Shown here: positions 38,026 through 50,699 of the stretch, in pieces
Position numbering within the stretch: position 1 is the first letter of the stretch
How the letters are laid out: every line of letters begins with the position of its first letter
NCBI RefSeq assembly: GCF_963921235.1
Contig: NC_086097.1
Coordinates: forward strand, 142,788,001 to 142,852,000
Origin: Mobula hypostoma
Lineage: Eukaryota
DNA: 64,000 nt
Direction: 5' to 3'
Program-made: the position numbers and the translations under genes
Notes under the pieces: generated by a model
The model's input: only the letters and a program-made list of their open reading frames with translations
Told to the model about the DNA's origin: nothing
Database searches by the model: none

Positions 38026-39734
38026 ACTGCTGCATGCTTCGCGATCGGTATCGGTTCGCTGCCAGGAGGGTGCCACTGCATCACCCAAACTCCGACGACT
38101 CAGTCTAACACACCATCATCAGTGTGCTCTGTGATGTCCCAATTCCAGTAAGTGATACTACACTGTACATACATTATTTCTACTTTATATTGGCTGCGTA
38201 CCTTAACGTGTTATTTGGTATGATTTGGCAGCTTCATAGCTTAAAGGTTACTGGAGAGCGCTTGCGTCGTGCTTTTGCTGACGGTGCTTGCGTGAGATTT
38301 TCGCTACGGAGAACAGTTCAGGCAATGATTGTGGAAAAGTATTTCTACTTTATATAAGCTGTGTATTTATCATATCATTACTGCTTTTACTATATATTAC
38401 TGTTATTTTAGGTTTTATGTGTTATTTGGCATGATTTGGTAGGTTATTTTTGGGTCTGCGAACGCCCACAAAATTTTCCCATATAAATAAATGGTAATTG
38501 CTTCTTCGCTTTACGACATTCCGGCTTACGCACCGTTTCATAGGAATGCTCTACCTTCGGATGGCGAGGGAAACCTGTACCAGACAAGAATCTTCAGTTA
38601 TGAAAAAACAGTTCAAGGGTATATTTTGGATAAAATACATAACTGGGCAGAGGAATAGAAGATGAAAACTTAATTTGCCATTAAATATAAAAAGATAAAT
38701 GTCCAACGCACCTGCACTTCATGAATAGTGTTTAAAAGATGAAAAGGTTCTTGAGAGTTAACGCAGACTTAATGCTCAAGAAGTCCTACAAATGTGAAGT
38801 AGCAAACAGGATGTTTCAAAATTCACGTCTGTGTCAACCATGATGCCAAAACAAACTAATCCCATCTGCTTCATGTGGTCTATATCCCTCCCTTCCCTGC
38901 CAGTTCACATTTCCTGTATATTGGCCCTCACCCCATCCTCCCACTACGATAACAGGGATAGGGTTCCCTTTCTCCTTACCTGCCACCACACGAGCTTCTG
39001 TATCCAGCCAATCATCCACCGTAACTTCCACCATCTACAGCGGGACCCCACCACTTTGCACATTTCCCTCTCCGCACTCTCTCTGCCTTCTGTAGGGATC
39101 ACCTTATACGTGATGCCCTTGTTTACTCATCCCTCCCCTCTGATCTCCCCGCTGGCACACTCCTACACCTCCCCTCTCCTACAATTAATGTCCTTCCAGG
39201 TGAGGAGTCTCCAAGTCTGTTAGAGTTATCTATTGTATTCAGTGCTCCCAGTAAGGCTTCTCTACATTGGTGAGGCCCAATGTAGACTGGGGGACTGCTT
39301 TGTTGAACACCTTTACTCTACCCGCTGCAAAAACTTAAATTTCCCTGGTGGCCACTCATTTCAAATCGACTTCCCATTCCCTTTACAACATTCACAGTCT
39401 TCTCTACTGCTACGATGAGGCCACACTCAAGTTGGAGGAGCAACACTCCATATTCCATCTCAGTAGCCTACAACCTGATGGCATGAATATAGACTTCTCT
39501 AACTTGGTAATTTCTATCCCGCCCCCTTTCTCTCTCTTTCCATTTCCCATTCCAGTTCTCCTCTTACCCTTCTCCTCACCTGCACATCACCTCCTTCTCG
39601 TGTTCACTCCTGTTTCCCTTACTTCCATGGTCCATTGTCCTCTCCTTTTAGATTCCTTCTTCAGCCCTTTACCTCTTCTATTTATCCAGCTTCTTACTTT
39701 ATACCTTCTCCTCTACCCATCCACCTTCCTCCTC

Positions 39735-40237
39735 GGACTCTTTCTCCCCGGACCTCCTCTCCCATGGTCTTTCTCCCTGGACCTCCTGTCCCATGTAACT
39801 TCCGCTAATGCCCCACCTCCCCCTCGTACCCCATCCGTTACTTATTTTTATACACACATTCTTTCTCTCACTCTCCTTTTTCTCCCTCTGTCCCTCTGAC
39901 TATACCCCTTGCCCATCCTCTGGGTTCCCCCCCCCCCCGCTGTCTTTCTCCCCGGACCTCCTGTCCCATGATCCTCTCATATCCCCTTTGCCAATCACCT
40001 GTCCAGCTCTTGGCTCCATCCCTCCCCCTCCTGTCTTCTCCTATCATTTTGGATCTCCCCCTCCCCCTCCCACTTTCAAATCTCTTACTAACTCTTCCTT
40101 CAGTTAGTCCTGACGAAGGGTCTCGGCCTGAAATGTCAACTGTACCTCTTCCTAGAGATGCTGCTGGCCTGCTGCATTCACCAGCAACTTTGATGTGTGT
40201 TGCTTGAATTTCCAGCATCTGCAGAATTCCTGTTGTT
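39735..40237 (+). mobile_element. Young solo Penelope terminal repeat
   Basis: Matches about 36913-37323; 13-bp TSD caccttcctcctc at 39722-39734 and 40238-40250. Confidence 0.92.
40105..40142 (+). ncRNA. Minimal hammerhead ribozyme motif (CpG-decayed)
   Basis: tagtc-CTGACGA-agggtctcggcct-GAAAT-GTC-aactg. Confidence 0.6.
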
Positions 40238-40952
40238 CACCTTCCTCCTCACCTGGTCTCACCTATCACCTACCAGCTTGTACTCCTGCCCCTTTCCCAC
40301 TGCCTTATTCTGGATTGTGGCCCTTTCCTTTCCAGTCCTAATAAAAAAAAACACAATATGAAATGTCTTTTGTTCATACCCCTCTATAGATCCTGCTTGA
40401 CTTGCTGAGATCCTCTTGCATCTTGTATGTGTATATCCTCTTAAAAACCAAGATTTCAGATACAGTAGAACTCTGTTAATTCAGCACACTCCACACTTCA
40501 GTGGTGGTAAACTAGCAGACTTTCTGGGCTTTTGAATATTATTCTATTAATATTCTATGACTATTAATTAATTTTTTTAGAAAATGTTGCACAGAGGAAT
40601 CATATTTTTTTCCAGTGAACCCAATAAATTTAAAGGGACCACATGATCCTGGAGAGTCTAAAGAGAGCTGTGTATTTCCAATTTGTTTTTTTTTGTTTAT
40701 TATTAAGAATGATTCAAGGATCATTTCTTTGATGATAGAACATTGAACAGTACAGCGTAGTATAGGCCCTTCGGCCCATGATGTTGTGCTGAAGTTTTAA
40801 CCTACAAGACTAGTCTAATGCTTCCCTCACACATAGCTCTTCATAACCCACCCTTGTGATTAGTTGGCTATATTGTTAATTCTAACAAGCTTATAATGTT
40901 ATGTGAAAAATTCCCATTAATTTAGAGGCCTTACAAAACATAATCTACTTAC

Positions 40953-41016
40953 AGGTTATCTGTCATGGGCTTTTGCCAGAGGATGAAAACGCTTACTTTG
41001 CTGCATTTTGGAAAAC
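40953..41016 (-). other. Candidate 64-nt exon on the - strand
   Basis: Acceptor ccatctctttctacag and donor gtaagt in unique sequence; coding status unclear. Confidence 0.4.
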
Positions 41017-41604
41017 CTGTAGAAAGAGATGGAATAATTGCATTACAATCAGTCACAGCAGTGCATCCAGAGTAATGGCACTGGTTCTGGTGAGCAAACT
41101 AATCTATTTACCTATTGTACAAGATGATTTCTGTCTCTAGCTAAAAATGATTCAGCTACCTGTTGAAGATCTAGAGGGAATCCATAATAAGAAACAGAAA
41201 ACTGTTTTACCAGTTTGCTATTCCTTAGAAAAAGAACACCCTTACATCCAATCCACATCATATTTGTGCTAATTTATATGTCATGCCAAAGCGGGAAGCA
41301 TTGAATCACAGAATAATTAAACATAGAACGCTATTTAGCATGGGATATCTCCTGAAAAAAAAAGTCCTTTCTTCTTCTCCAGTGAAATGCAACATTTTCC
41401 TCTTTCATTAATTGTCCAATGTCTTTACATTAACTTTTTGGCCTAAATCTGATTAACTACCCTCTGAAAAGTTTCTTCCCATTTGTTGTAAGAAATTAAA
41501 AATTCAAAATATCTTTACACTCCCTTTAAAGACTCTTAATATGATTACTTAGGCCACCACCACTTAAAACAACCAGAGATTCAGTCAAGCTTCATTTAGA
41601 GATA

Positions 41605-42262
41605 TAGACGGTTGAAATGGCAGATGAGGTTTAATCTGGAGAAGTATGAGATGTTAAATACAGTAAATAGCAAGACCTTTTGGAGCACTGATATACTGAG
41701 GAATTTTTTGGTGAAAGTCTGTAGCTCTATGAAAGTGGCAAGATGTATATATGATGATAACAAATGGCATTGCCTTTATTGGTTGAGGCATTGAGCATAA
41801 AAGTCCAAAAGTCAAGTTACAGCTATATAAAACTTTAGTTTGGTCACATTTATATGACTTCGAGAACTTCTGATCTCCATATTACAGGAAGTCTGTGGAG
41901 GCTTTGGAGAGGGTACAGAAGAGGTTCACCAGGATGTTGCCACAATTAGAGAGTGATAGCTGTTTGGAGAGGTTGGACAATTTGGATTGGTTTTCTCTGA
42001 GGCACTGAAGGCTGAGGGGAGAAAAAATAAAAGTTTAAAAATTATGAGGCATGAAAAGGATTGTCAGAGTTTTTCCCTCAGGGTGTAAATTTCAAATACT
42101 TGAAAGCATAGCTTTAAGGTGACAAGGCATTTAGACAGGTATATGAATACATAGCGAACAATGGATATGGATCCCATGCAGGCAGATGGGATTAGTTTAA
42201 TTCGGCATTATGGTCAGCAGAATCACTATGGCCTGAAAGGGCCTGTTCCTTTGCTATATTCC
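41605..42262 (+). mobile_element. Degenerate CR1 3' fragment
   Basis: KWQMRFNLEKYEM; ttggagagggtacagaagaggttcaccagg. Confidence 0.85.
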
Positions 42263-42697
42263 AAATAATTTCTGACTAAAATAACCGTATCCAGAATACT
42301 GTCACTTTATTGCTTCAATGACACAAATAACTTTCCCCAATGTCTATGTTTGTAAAAGCTAACTAAATATGCTCACTGCAAATTCACTGCTAAACAATCA
42401 CTGCAAATTGTTTTCTTCATATGTTTTATCCATTTCCTTTTTAAAGTTTTTACTGAATACTCTTGCACTGCCAACAGTATTCAAATCATGAATTCCAGAT
42501 CACAGCTTACTGAGTTTCAGTGAATGGGATCAGTCTTAATTATTAGCCTCAAAAATATACCAATAATATCTTCTGTAACAATTTAACAAGCAAATTTTAA
42601 TGTAGATGTGTGTTTGATGGTTGGCATAGGTTAATGTTTGTTGTTGTATTTATGACACTATAGGTGTTATAACTGTTTGGACAAGGTTATTCCAGAT

Positions 42698-42780
42698 CAA
42701 GGGTTACCAACCTTTTTAATGTCATGGAGTCTTACATTAACCGAGAGGTCTGTGGACCCCAGGTTGGAAAGCCCTCCCTG
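42698..42780 (+). mobile_element. About 80-bp hAT MITE
   Basis: caagggttaccaacc...ggttggaaagccct; degenerate 8-bp TSD ttccagat/ttctagac. Confidence 0.7.
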
Positions 42781-43562
42781 TTCTAGACCTTCCATATTTT
42801 GAATCCATCTTGTAAGGGTTCTTCTGTTGGAAGAGTTTTCCTTTAGGTGAGAAGCTTAGTCAAAGCTCATTCTAACTATTAAAGTGCATATTATTTGAAC
42901 ATGAATAGAGGGCCCTTTTTGGGCAATAATTAGGGTAATCTGGTCAACAGTTTCCATTAAATCTAGTTTCACTACTTTTTCAGTTAGTATACACAATCTC
43001 TCTTCTCTCTCTCCTCCTCGCCCTCCCCCTCTCTCTCCTCATGATGAACTTTTGACCACGTGGAATCAAGGAGTAAATGGAGATGAGATCAGTGATATGT
43101 TAACAGAAAACAGTTCATAAATTAATGGCTGGGGAGGGTTCCAGAAAGATTAATTCTGGAACCTATGGTCATGTACATAAATGAGAATTAATCATTGAAG
43201 GGACAGTTTCAAAATTTCCAAAGGTGCCATCAAATTCAGAGTACTGCAAGACTGAGAAAGTTTAGGATTATCATTCAGTGAATTAAAATATTGATAAATG
43301 TGACATTATACAATTTGGAAGAGAGAAATCAGAGAACACATGCTTCTTGGATAAAAATATACTTTAGAAAATGGAAAACTTAAGTATGATTATGAAAGAA
43401 TTTAATAGAGTAGAATTGTCAAGATATTTCTCCATGAGTTAAAAAAAACTCTGGATGCAAGTAATAAATCCAGTAAGAATTCCAGAGAATCTTATTTTTC
43501 AATGCCATAGATTTAAGAAAACATGAGTAGCTTTGAGAAAATCGCTATAGGTGCATTTAAAA

Positions 43563-43642
43563 CAGAGGTTCTCAACCTTTTTCATGCCATGGACGAATAC
43601 CAATAGGCAAGGAGTCCATGGACTCCAGGTTGAGAACCCCTA
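43563..43642 (+). mobile_element. 80-bp hAT MITE
   Basis: cagaggttctcaacc...ggttgagaacccct; TSD atttaaaa/atttaaag. Confidence 0.82.
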
Positions 43643-43849
43643 ATTTAAAGGGTAGCTGGATACATATATAGGAGAATGGAATAAAAGGTGTAAAACAGAA
43701 AATGGTGGGAGGATCCTCGTATGGGGCATAAATATCAGGAAAGATCAGCTGAATCAAATGACCCTTTTCTATCCTGTAAACTCTTACTGTGAAACAACAG
43801 GCCTAAAGCTTTTCAGTCTTAAGCATCTACTGCACATTTTCTTTTGCTC

Positions 43850-44525
43850 TATCCTAGGACCAGCATGTAAGTGCCATTACAACGAAGGCATGACAGTGCC
43901 TCTACTTTCTTAGAAGTTTCCGCAGATGTGGCAAGACATCTGAAACTTTGACAAACTTCTATAGATGTACATTGGAGAATTTCCTCATTGGTTGTATCAC
44001 GGCATTGTATGGAAACACCAATGCCTAAGAACAGAAAAGCCTACAAAAAGTGGTGGATGCGGTTCAGTCTATTACAGAAAAAGCCCTCCCCATCTACAAG
44101 GAGAAAGCAGTATCCATTATCAAGCACCCTCAGCATCCAGGCTATGCTCTCTTCTTGCTGCTGCTACCGGGAAGGAGGCACAGGAGCTGCACCGCCAGGT
44201 TCAGGACAGTTCTTACCTTTCAAACATCAGGCTCCTTCCTACACCTGCATAGATAGCTTCACCCCCCACAATTCTGAATTGATTTCACAGGGGCTCACTT
44301 TCAAGGGCTCGACAACTCATGTTTCACTATTATTCATTTAGTTATCTGTATTGATTTATTTATTCATTTTAGTGTTTGCATATTGGTTGTTTGTCATTGT
44401 GCGTAGTTTTTCATTGATTCTACAGTATTTTTGTTCTAATGTGAATACCTGCAAGAAAATGAATCTCAGAGTGACACATTTTTCTTTGATAATAAACGTG
44501 AAATTTGAATTTTATTGAACTTTGA
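43850..44525 (+). mobile_element. Rex1/Babar 3' fragment
   Basis: KAVSIIKHPQHPGYALFLLLLPGRRHRS; ttgaactttga tail. Confidence 0.85.
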
Positions 44526-45541
44526 TTGTAAATAATTGGGAATCCAAAACTTCTTCCAAAATATAAAAAAAGACCTGTTTGAAAGATCTGTGAATTGAAT
44601 TTCCACAGGTACAATGAAAAATGTACTTGCAGCAGCATTACAGGCACAAAGTTCAAAAGAAAAACACAAATTACACAAAAATTGTACAAGGAACAACATG
44701 ATTAGAACTAAAAAAAGATGATATGAATTTTTCCGGGATACTTTGCTTTCTTTGCATATCCTAAAACATTGCTGATCGTGGGGTTAATTAAGTTACTCAT
44801 CATGTAAAGTAAGTGGTAGGAGAATCAGAAGTAGTTGATGTGGAAGAGAAAAGGGAAAGAAGTGGGAGAGTGAGGTTAAGGAAACTGTTTGGAATAGACT
44901 AGATGGATCAAATGGCCTCCTACACTATAAGGAAAAAGAAACATTTTGTCACACTATTTGAAACAGATGCTCAAATCTGCTGAATTTAAATTCTGTTAAT
45001 TTGGAATTGTAACAATAAAATAGTTCTAGTACTGATGATACTGCTATAAAGCCCATTTAGTTCACTAATATTCTGCCATCCTTACATAGTCAATGCATAA
45101 GGGTACATCTCCAATTAGAGTCTAAACATGGAAAAATATTGAAGAGACAGGATTGAAGGTTTTTCATTGATGCTGCAGATAACCAGATTGATGAATTAAT
45201 GGCAGAAACAGAAATAATTGGGTTTGGAATATAAGAATTTATTGAAATATGATGGCAAAATAGCCAAGTGTTGGGAACAAAATGCCCAATTTTTATTAAG
45301 TAATAGATAAAGAAGAAAATGAGAATGGCTAGTCCTGATAAGAAAAAAAAGTCATGAAGACATATGAATGAAAGGATCATAGCTCAGGAAATCAAATAGA
45401 AGAATCAGTTTGGGTAGAGCTAAGAAATAGCAAGTGACGGAAAAAACTAATGGGAATTGTCAAAAAGCCCCAAACAGAAGTGAAAGTAAGGAATCATGGA
45501 CTTGGATGTGCATAAGAACAAGAGTAGGAATAGGCCACTTA

Positions 45542-46474
45542 GGCTACATCCACACTAGACCAGATAATTCTGAAAATGCCGGTTTCGCGTAAAAACGACA
45601 GGCATCCACACTAGGCGTTTTTAAAAATACCTCTGTCCACATTAAAACGGATATTTGGGCGAATCTCACTGGGCATGCACAGGACACACGGAAAACGAGC
45701 AAAGAGGAAACAGTATACTTGGTGTGCGTTTGTCCAGTTACAGACTAGAAAAACTTAAAAGGAAATTGCCAAACGATAGACTTGCTGCATGTTTGTTCAG
45801 TTACAGACTAGAAAAACTTAAAAGGAAATTGCCAAACGAAAGACTTGGAGCGTGTTTGTCCAGAAACATTTCCTACAGCCATAGTCTCTTCACCGATGAA
45901 AGGGACAACAGCTACAACTCAATGCCATAAGGCTCGTTACTGGGCAAAAGTGAAATTTGCTGTTACCTCATTTGTTTGCCTTTACTCTTGCCATGTCTTT
46001 GTATTATTTTGCTGTATTTAACATGTGCAATAAAACAAGTTACTGGGCAAAAGTGACAATTGCATCTATTGAATGTTTGCACAAGCAATACATAAATAAA
46101 GCACCTTGTTAAGTGTATAAAACATGTCTGCATCAGTGTTATCTTGTATTTCCATACAATGTTACATTAGGCTGTTACACATCTATTGTCAGATATTGTT
46201 GTGGTGCTGGAGGTTGCATTCAAGAAAACAATGAAATGCCACGCTGCCACCACCATTTGTTCCAGCATGTCATGACAGCGGTTTTAAAAATAGCTGGTTA
46301 CCCCGTACACACTATGCCGGTTATTAGGTGTTTTCAGATTTATTTACTCTGGAGAGCGTTTCTGAAAACCTCCGTTTTCGGGGGAGGAAAACACCGTTTC
46401 AGTGTGGATGGAGGGTCAAAACGAAGAGAAAAAGCTTCGGTTATGGATTTATCCGGTCTAGTGCGGATGTAGCC
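45542..46474. mobile_element. Non-autonomous PIF/Harbinger element inserted in a CR1 3' tail
   Basis: TIRs ggctacatccacactagacc / ggtctagtgcggatgtagcc; 3-bp TSD TTA (45539-45541, 46475-46477); subterminal ccacac repeats. Confidence 0.9.
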
Positions 46475-46869
46475 TTAGTGCCTCATGTCTACCGTGACAT
46501 TCAATATAATCATGGTTGATCTGCTCCAGGCTTCACCTCTTTTGTGCCAGTTCCTCATTGTTCTCAGTTCTCTGATCTTTCATCAAATTATCTACTTCCT
46601 CTTTAAATATTTCCCAGTGATCTAGCTTCCACAACACTGGATCCCACAATAAAGTTGCACTAGAAAGGCTGGAATAACCTGTTCCATGCTGTATCTCAAT
46701 AAATTAAAAATATAATTTCTACCTTGCTCATTTTATGTTATTTCCCTTTCTTATTCTATTTTTCTTGAACCTTGTCTTACAGCTCCAATACTGTACATTC
46801 TATACTCCAATAGATCCTTACCACATTTAAATATTTGTTGCAGGTCCTCTTTTTTTTGTTTGCCATATC

Positions 46870-49045
46870 ATAGAAACATAGAAACATAGAAAATAGGTGC
46901 AGGAGTAGGCCATTCGGCCCTTCGAGCCTGCACCGCCATTTATTATGATCATGGCTGATCATCCAAATCAGAACCCCGCCCCAGCCTTCCCTCCATACCC
47001 CCTGACCCCCGTAGCCACAAGGGCCATATCTAACTCCCTCTTAAATATAGCCAATGAACTGGCCTCAACTGTTTCCTGTGGCAGAGAATTCCACAGATTC
47101 ACCACTCTCTGTGTGAAGAAGTTTTTCCTAATCTCAGTCCTAAAAGGCTTCCCCTCTATCCTCAAACTGTGGCCCCTCGTTCTGGACTTCCCCAACATCG
47201 GGAACAATCTTCCTGCATCTAGCCTGTCCAATCCCTTTAGGATCTTATACGTTTCAATCAGATCCCCCCTCAATCTTCTAAATTCCAACGAGTACAAGCC
47301 CAGTTCATCCAGTCTTTCTTCATATGAAAATCCTGCCATCCCAGGAATCAATCTGGTGAACCTTCTTTGTACTCCCTCTATGGCAAAGATGTCTTTCCTC
47401 AGATTAGGGGATGAAAACTGCACACAATACTCCAGGTGTGGTCTCACCAAGGCCTTGTACAACTGCAGTAGTACGTCCCTGCTCCTGTACTCGAATCCTC
47501 TCGCTATAAATGCCAGTATACCATTCGCCTTTTTCACCGCCTGCTGTATGCCCACTTTCAATGCCTGGTGTATAATGACACCCAGGTCTCATTGCACCTC
47601 CCCTTTTCCTAATCGGCCACCATTCAGATAATAATCTGTTTACCTATTTTTGCCAACAAAGTGGATAACTTCACATTTATCCACATTAAATTGCATCTGC
47701 CATGAATTTGCCCACTCACCCAACCTATCCAAGTCACCCTGCATCCTCTTAGCATCCTCCTCACTGCTAACACTGCCACCCAACTTCGTGTCATCCGCAA
47801 ACTTGGAGATGCTGCATTTAATTCCCTCATCCAAGTCATTAATATATATTGTACACAACTGGGGTCCCAGCACTGAGCCTTGCGGTACCCCACTAGTCAC
47901 CGCCTGCCATTCTGAAAAGGTCCCGTTTATTCCCACTCTTTGCTTCCTGTCTGCTAACCAATTCTGCACCCACACCAATACCTTACCCCCAATACCGTGT
48001 GCTTTAAGTTTGCACACTAATCTCCTGTGTGGGACCTTGTCAAAAGCCTTTTGAAAATCCAAATATACCACATCCACTGGTTCTCCCCTATCCACTCTAC
48101 TAGTTACATCCTCAAAAAATTCTATGAGATTCGTCAGACATGATTTTCCTTTCACAAATCCATGCTGACTTTGTCCGATCATTTCACCGCTTTCCAAATG
48201 TGCTGTTATCACATCCTTGATAACTGACTCCAGCAGTTTTCCCACCACCGACGTTAGGCTAACCGGTCTATAATTCCCCGGTTTCTCTCTCCCTCCTTTT
48301 TTAAAAAGTGGGGTTACATTAGCCACCCTCCAATCCTCAGGAACTAGTCCAGAATCTAACGAGTTTTGAAAATTTATCACTAATGCATCCACTATTTCTT
48401 GGGCTACTTCCTTAAGCACTCTAGGATGCAGACCATCTGGCCCTGGGGATTTATCTGCCTTCAATCCCTTCAATTTACCTAACACCACTTCCCTACTAAC
48501 ATGTATTTCGCTCAGTTCCTCCATCTCACTGGACCCTCTGTCCCTTACTATTTCTGGAAGATTATTTATGTCCTCCTTAGTGAAGACAGAACCAAAGTAA
48601 TTATTCAATTGGTCTGCCATGTCCTTGTTCCCCATAATCAATTCACCTGTTTCTGTCTGCAGGGGACCTACATTTGTCTTTATCAGTCTTTTCCTTTTTA
48701 CATATCTATAAAAGCTTTTACAGTCCGTTTTTATGTTCCCTGCCAGTTTTCTCTCATAATCTTTTCTCCCCTTCCTAATTAAGCCCTTTGTCCTCCTCTG
48801 CTGAACTCTGAATTTCTCCCAGTCCTCAGGTGAGCCACTTTCTCTGGCTAATTTGTATGCTTCTTCTTTGGAATTGATACTATCCCTAATTTCTCTTGTT
48901 AGCCACGGGTGCACTACCTTCCTTGATTTATTCTTTTGCCAAACTGGGATGAACAATTGTTGTAGTTCATCCATGCAACCTTTAAATGCTTGCCATTGCA
49001 TATCCACCGTCAATCCTTTAAGTGTCATTTGCCAGTCTATCTTTG
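46870..49045 (-). mobile_element. Young 5'-truncated CR1 with nearly intact RT domain
   Basis: Long ORF with KSPGPDG, NYRPVSLTS, YLDFQKAFDKVPH, GVPQGSVLGP, KFADDTK; frame disruption near 47550-47640; (ttctatgt)n tail; TSD catatc (46864-46869, 49046-49051). Confidence 0.96.
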
Positions 49046-49689
49046 CATATCGTTTGACATCCACAACATCAGGATTTAAGAGATTCCTTTTCACTTTACA
49101 GAAAGCAGATTTGAGTCCAATCCCTTTAATACGCCTTAAAGGGTTATTATCCCACTGCTCCAATACTGCTTTTCCTTTGAGTAGCATGTCAAGTCTTCTT
49201 TTGTTAAATCACACAGCTTGACAAAATTGACCTTGTCCAAATTTAGCATACCTTCAGCCTTTTCCATCATACTAAATCTAATAAAATATATTTTTGCCTC
49301 CAAAATCCTCCACCGCAATCACTCTTTTCAGCTTTCCAAGTTATTCCCTAAAGAGGCCAATCCTTTTTCTCCCTCCTCAGACTTCCCACTTGTTTGGCCT
49401 ACAACAAATTGCATTTATTGATCTCAGTTACACAATAATTATAGAATAGCAACTCATACAGACCAGAATGAGCAAGCATGGGCTTCAGAACAGCTTCTTA
49501 GTCACTTGTAGGAAGAGTGAAAAATCAGTTAAGCTTCTTCCTCTGCTTCAGTATAATAACTCATGCAAAGAAGTTATGGATCAAGTTTAAATATCATACA
49601 CTCATGTTTCCCCTCCACATGGATGAAGAGTCTAATATATTTGATGAGTATTTATTTAGGCGTGGAGAATGGGCCCACAGGAGGTGCAA

Positions 49690-49872
49690 GAGACTGCAGA
49701 TGCTGGAAGCTGAAGCAACACAAAAATGCTTGAGGAATTCTACAGGTCAGGCAGTATCTATTGAAGATAATTGGGCAGTCCAAATGAAGAACCCCAAACT
49801 GAAATGTCTATGATTCATTTTCATCCATAGATGCTACCTGACCAGCTGTTTTCTTCCAGAATTTTGTGTGTT
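49690..49872. mobile_element. Miniature foldback of Penelope termini
   Basis: About 49717-49772 is inversely matched by about 49818-49872 around a decayed hammerhead-like centre. Confidence 0.7.
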
Positions 49873-50699
49873 AGAAGGAGATTGAGCTGTTGGCAATCCT
49901 AAGTAAATATAGTACCTCAAAAACTATTTGATGGTGGCTGAATAAAAACTGCAGGGCAGGGTGACCATTGAGAACAGATGTTGGCCTCTAATGCTATTAA
50001 AACTCACTGCACTCCTGGCATAGTAATATAAAAATAGTCCATTCAGTTCCACCACCAATTAAATATGATTAATTTGTTTTTTTAACTTAGATCAATTTCC
50101 TTCATTACTCTTACTTCATGAAAAACTAATAATGTGTTTTGAAGTTTTGTATTGATTCAGTGTGACTGAAGGGTTGATATGAATAACCACTGTGCATCCA
50201 AATCCCATCATCGTGTGGTTTAAAAAAAATGGAGCACTAAGGCTTACAAACGTATACCATTCGTAAATTACAAGATTTACTTGTCTACCGTAGCTGCAGT
50301 AGTGGCAGCAGGACCAACAGACTAGAGGCCTAGGAACCTAAATGCACTAAACGCTAATACATTTGTTCTAGTGAAGATCCGGTCACATTGTTTCCACAGC
50401 CGCGGGCAGGCAAAGGGAATCCTAGTATAAATGACAAATTATTTTATTCAGCGGGCTGTTACGTTTGATCAATTGCCTGAAAAGATTGTGGATACAGATT
50501 CCAAAATAATCGTCGAAAGTAGTGTATATATTTGAAAAGCAAACAATCTATGGGTAAAGAGCTGGGACTCTATATATTAAAAAAACATTGATAAAGGTTA
50601 GAATTGCCTTGTATTTTCGCTCTACCAATCTGGCAAATGACCTGAAGGCTGAAGGAGACTCTTAAGTAAATGAAAATCTTCCTCTTCTGAGCCTAATGT

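Larger units (their letters stand above)
33296..38577 (+). mobile_element. Non-autonomous Tigger/pogo element with TA TSD, interrupted by the Penelope dimer
   Basis: TA|cagatgttccc...gggaaacctg|TA imperfect TIRs; CENP-B-type HTH start RKGVTLSVKLDIIKRFDRGERSKD is restored when 33602-37336 is removed. Confidence 0.85.
38895..40432 (+). mobile_element. Older Penelope-like 3' fragment hosting a young insertion
   Basis: RDRVPFLLTCH, LLYIGE, LEEQHSIFHLSSLQPDGMNIDFS. Confidence 0.85.

Noticed and set aside
45655..45930. ORF with repeated SYRLEKLKRKLPN, or a CRISPR-like array
   Set aside because: A simple two-copy 60-bp tandem inside a Harbinger element; no spacers and a eukaryotic context.
47640..49187. 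515-aa ORF as a host or domesticated RT gene
   Set aside because: It is a 5'-truncated, frameshifted CR1 with tail and TSD; the N-terminus is read-in from flanking sequence.
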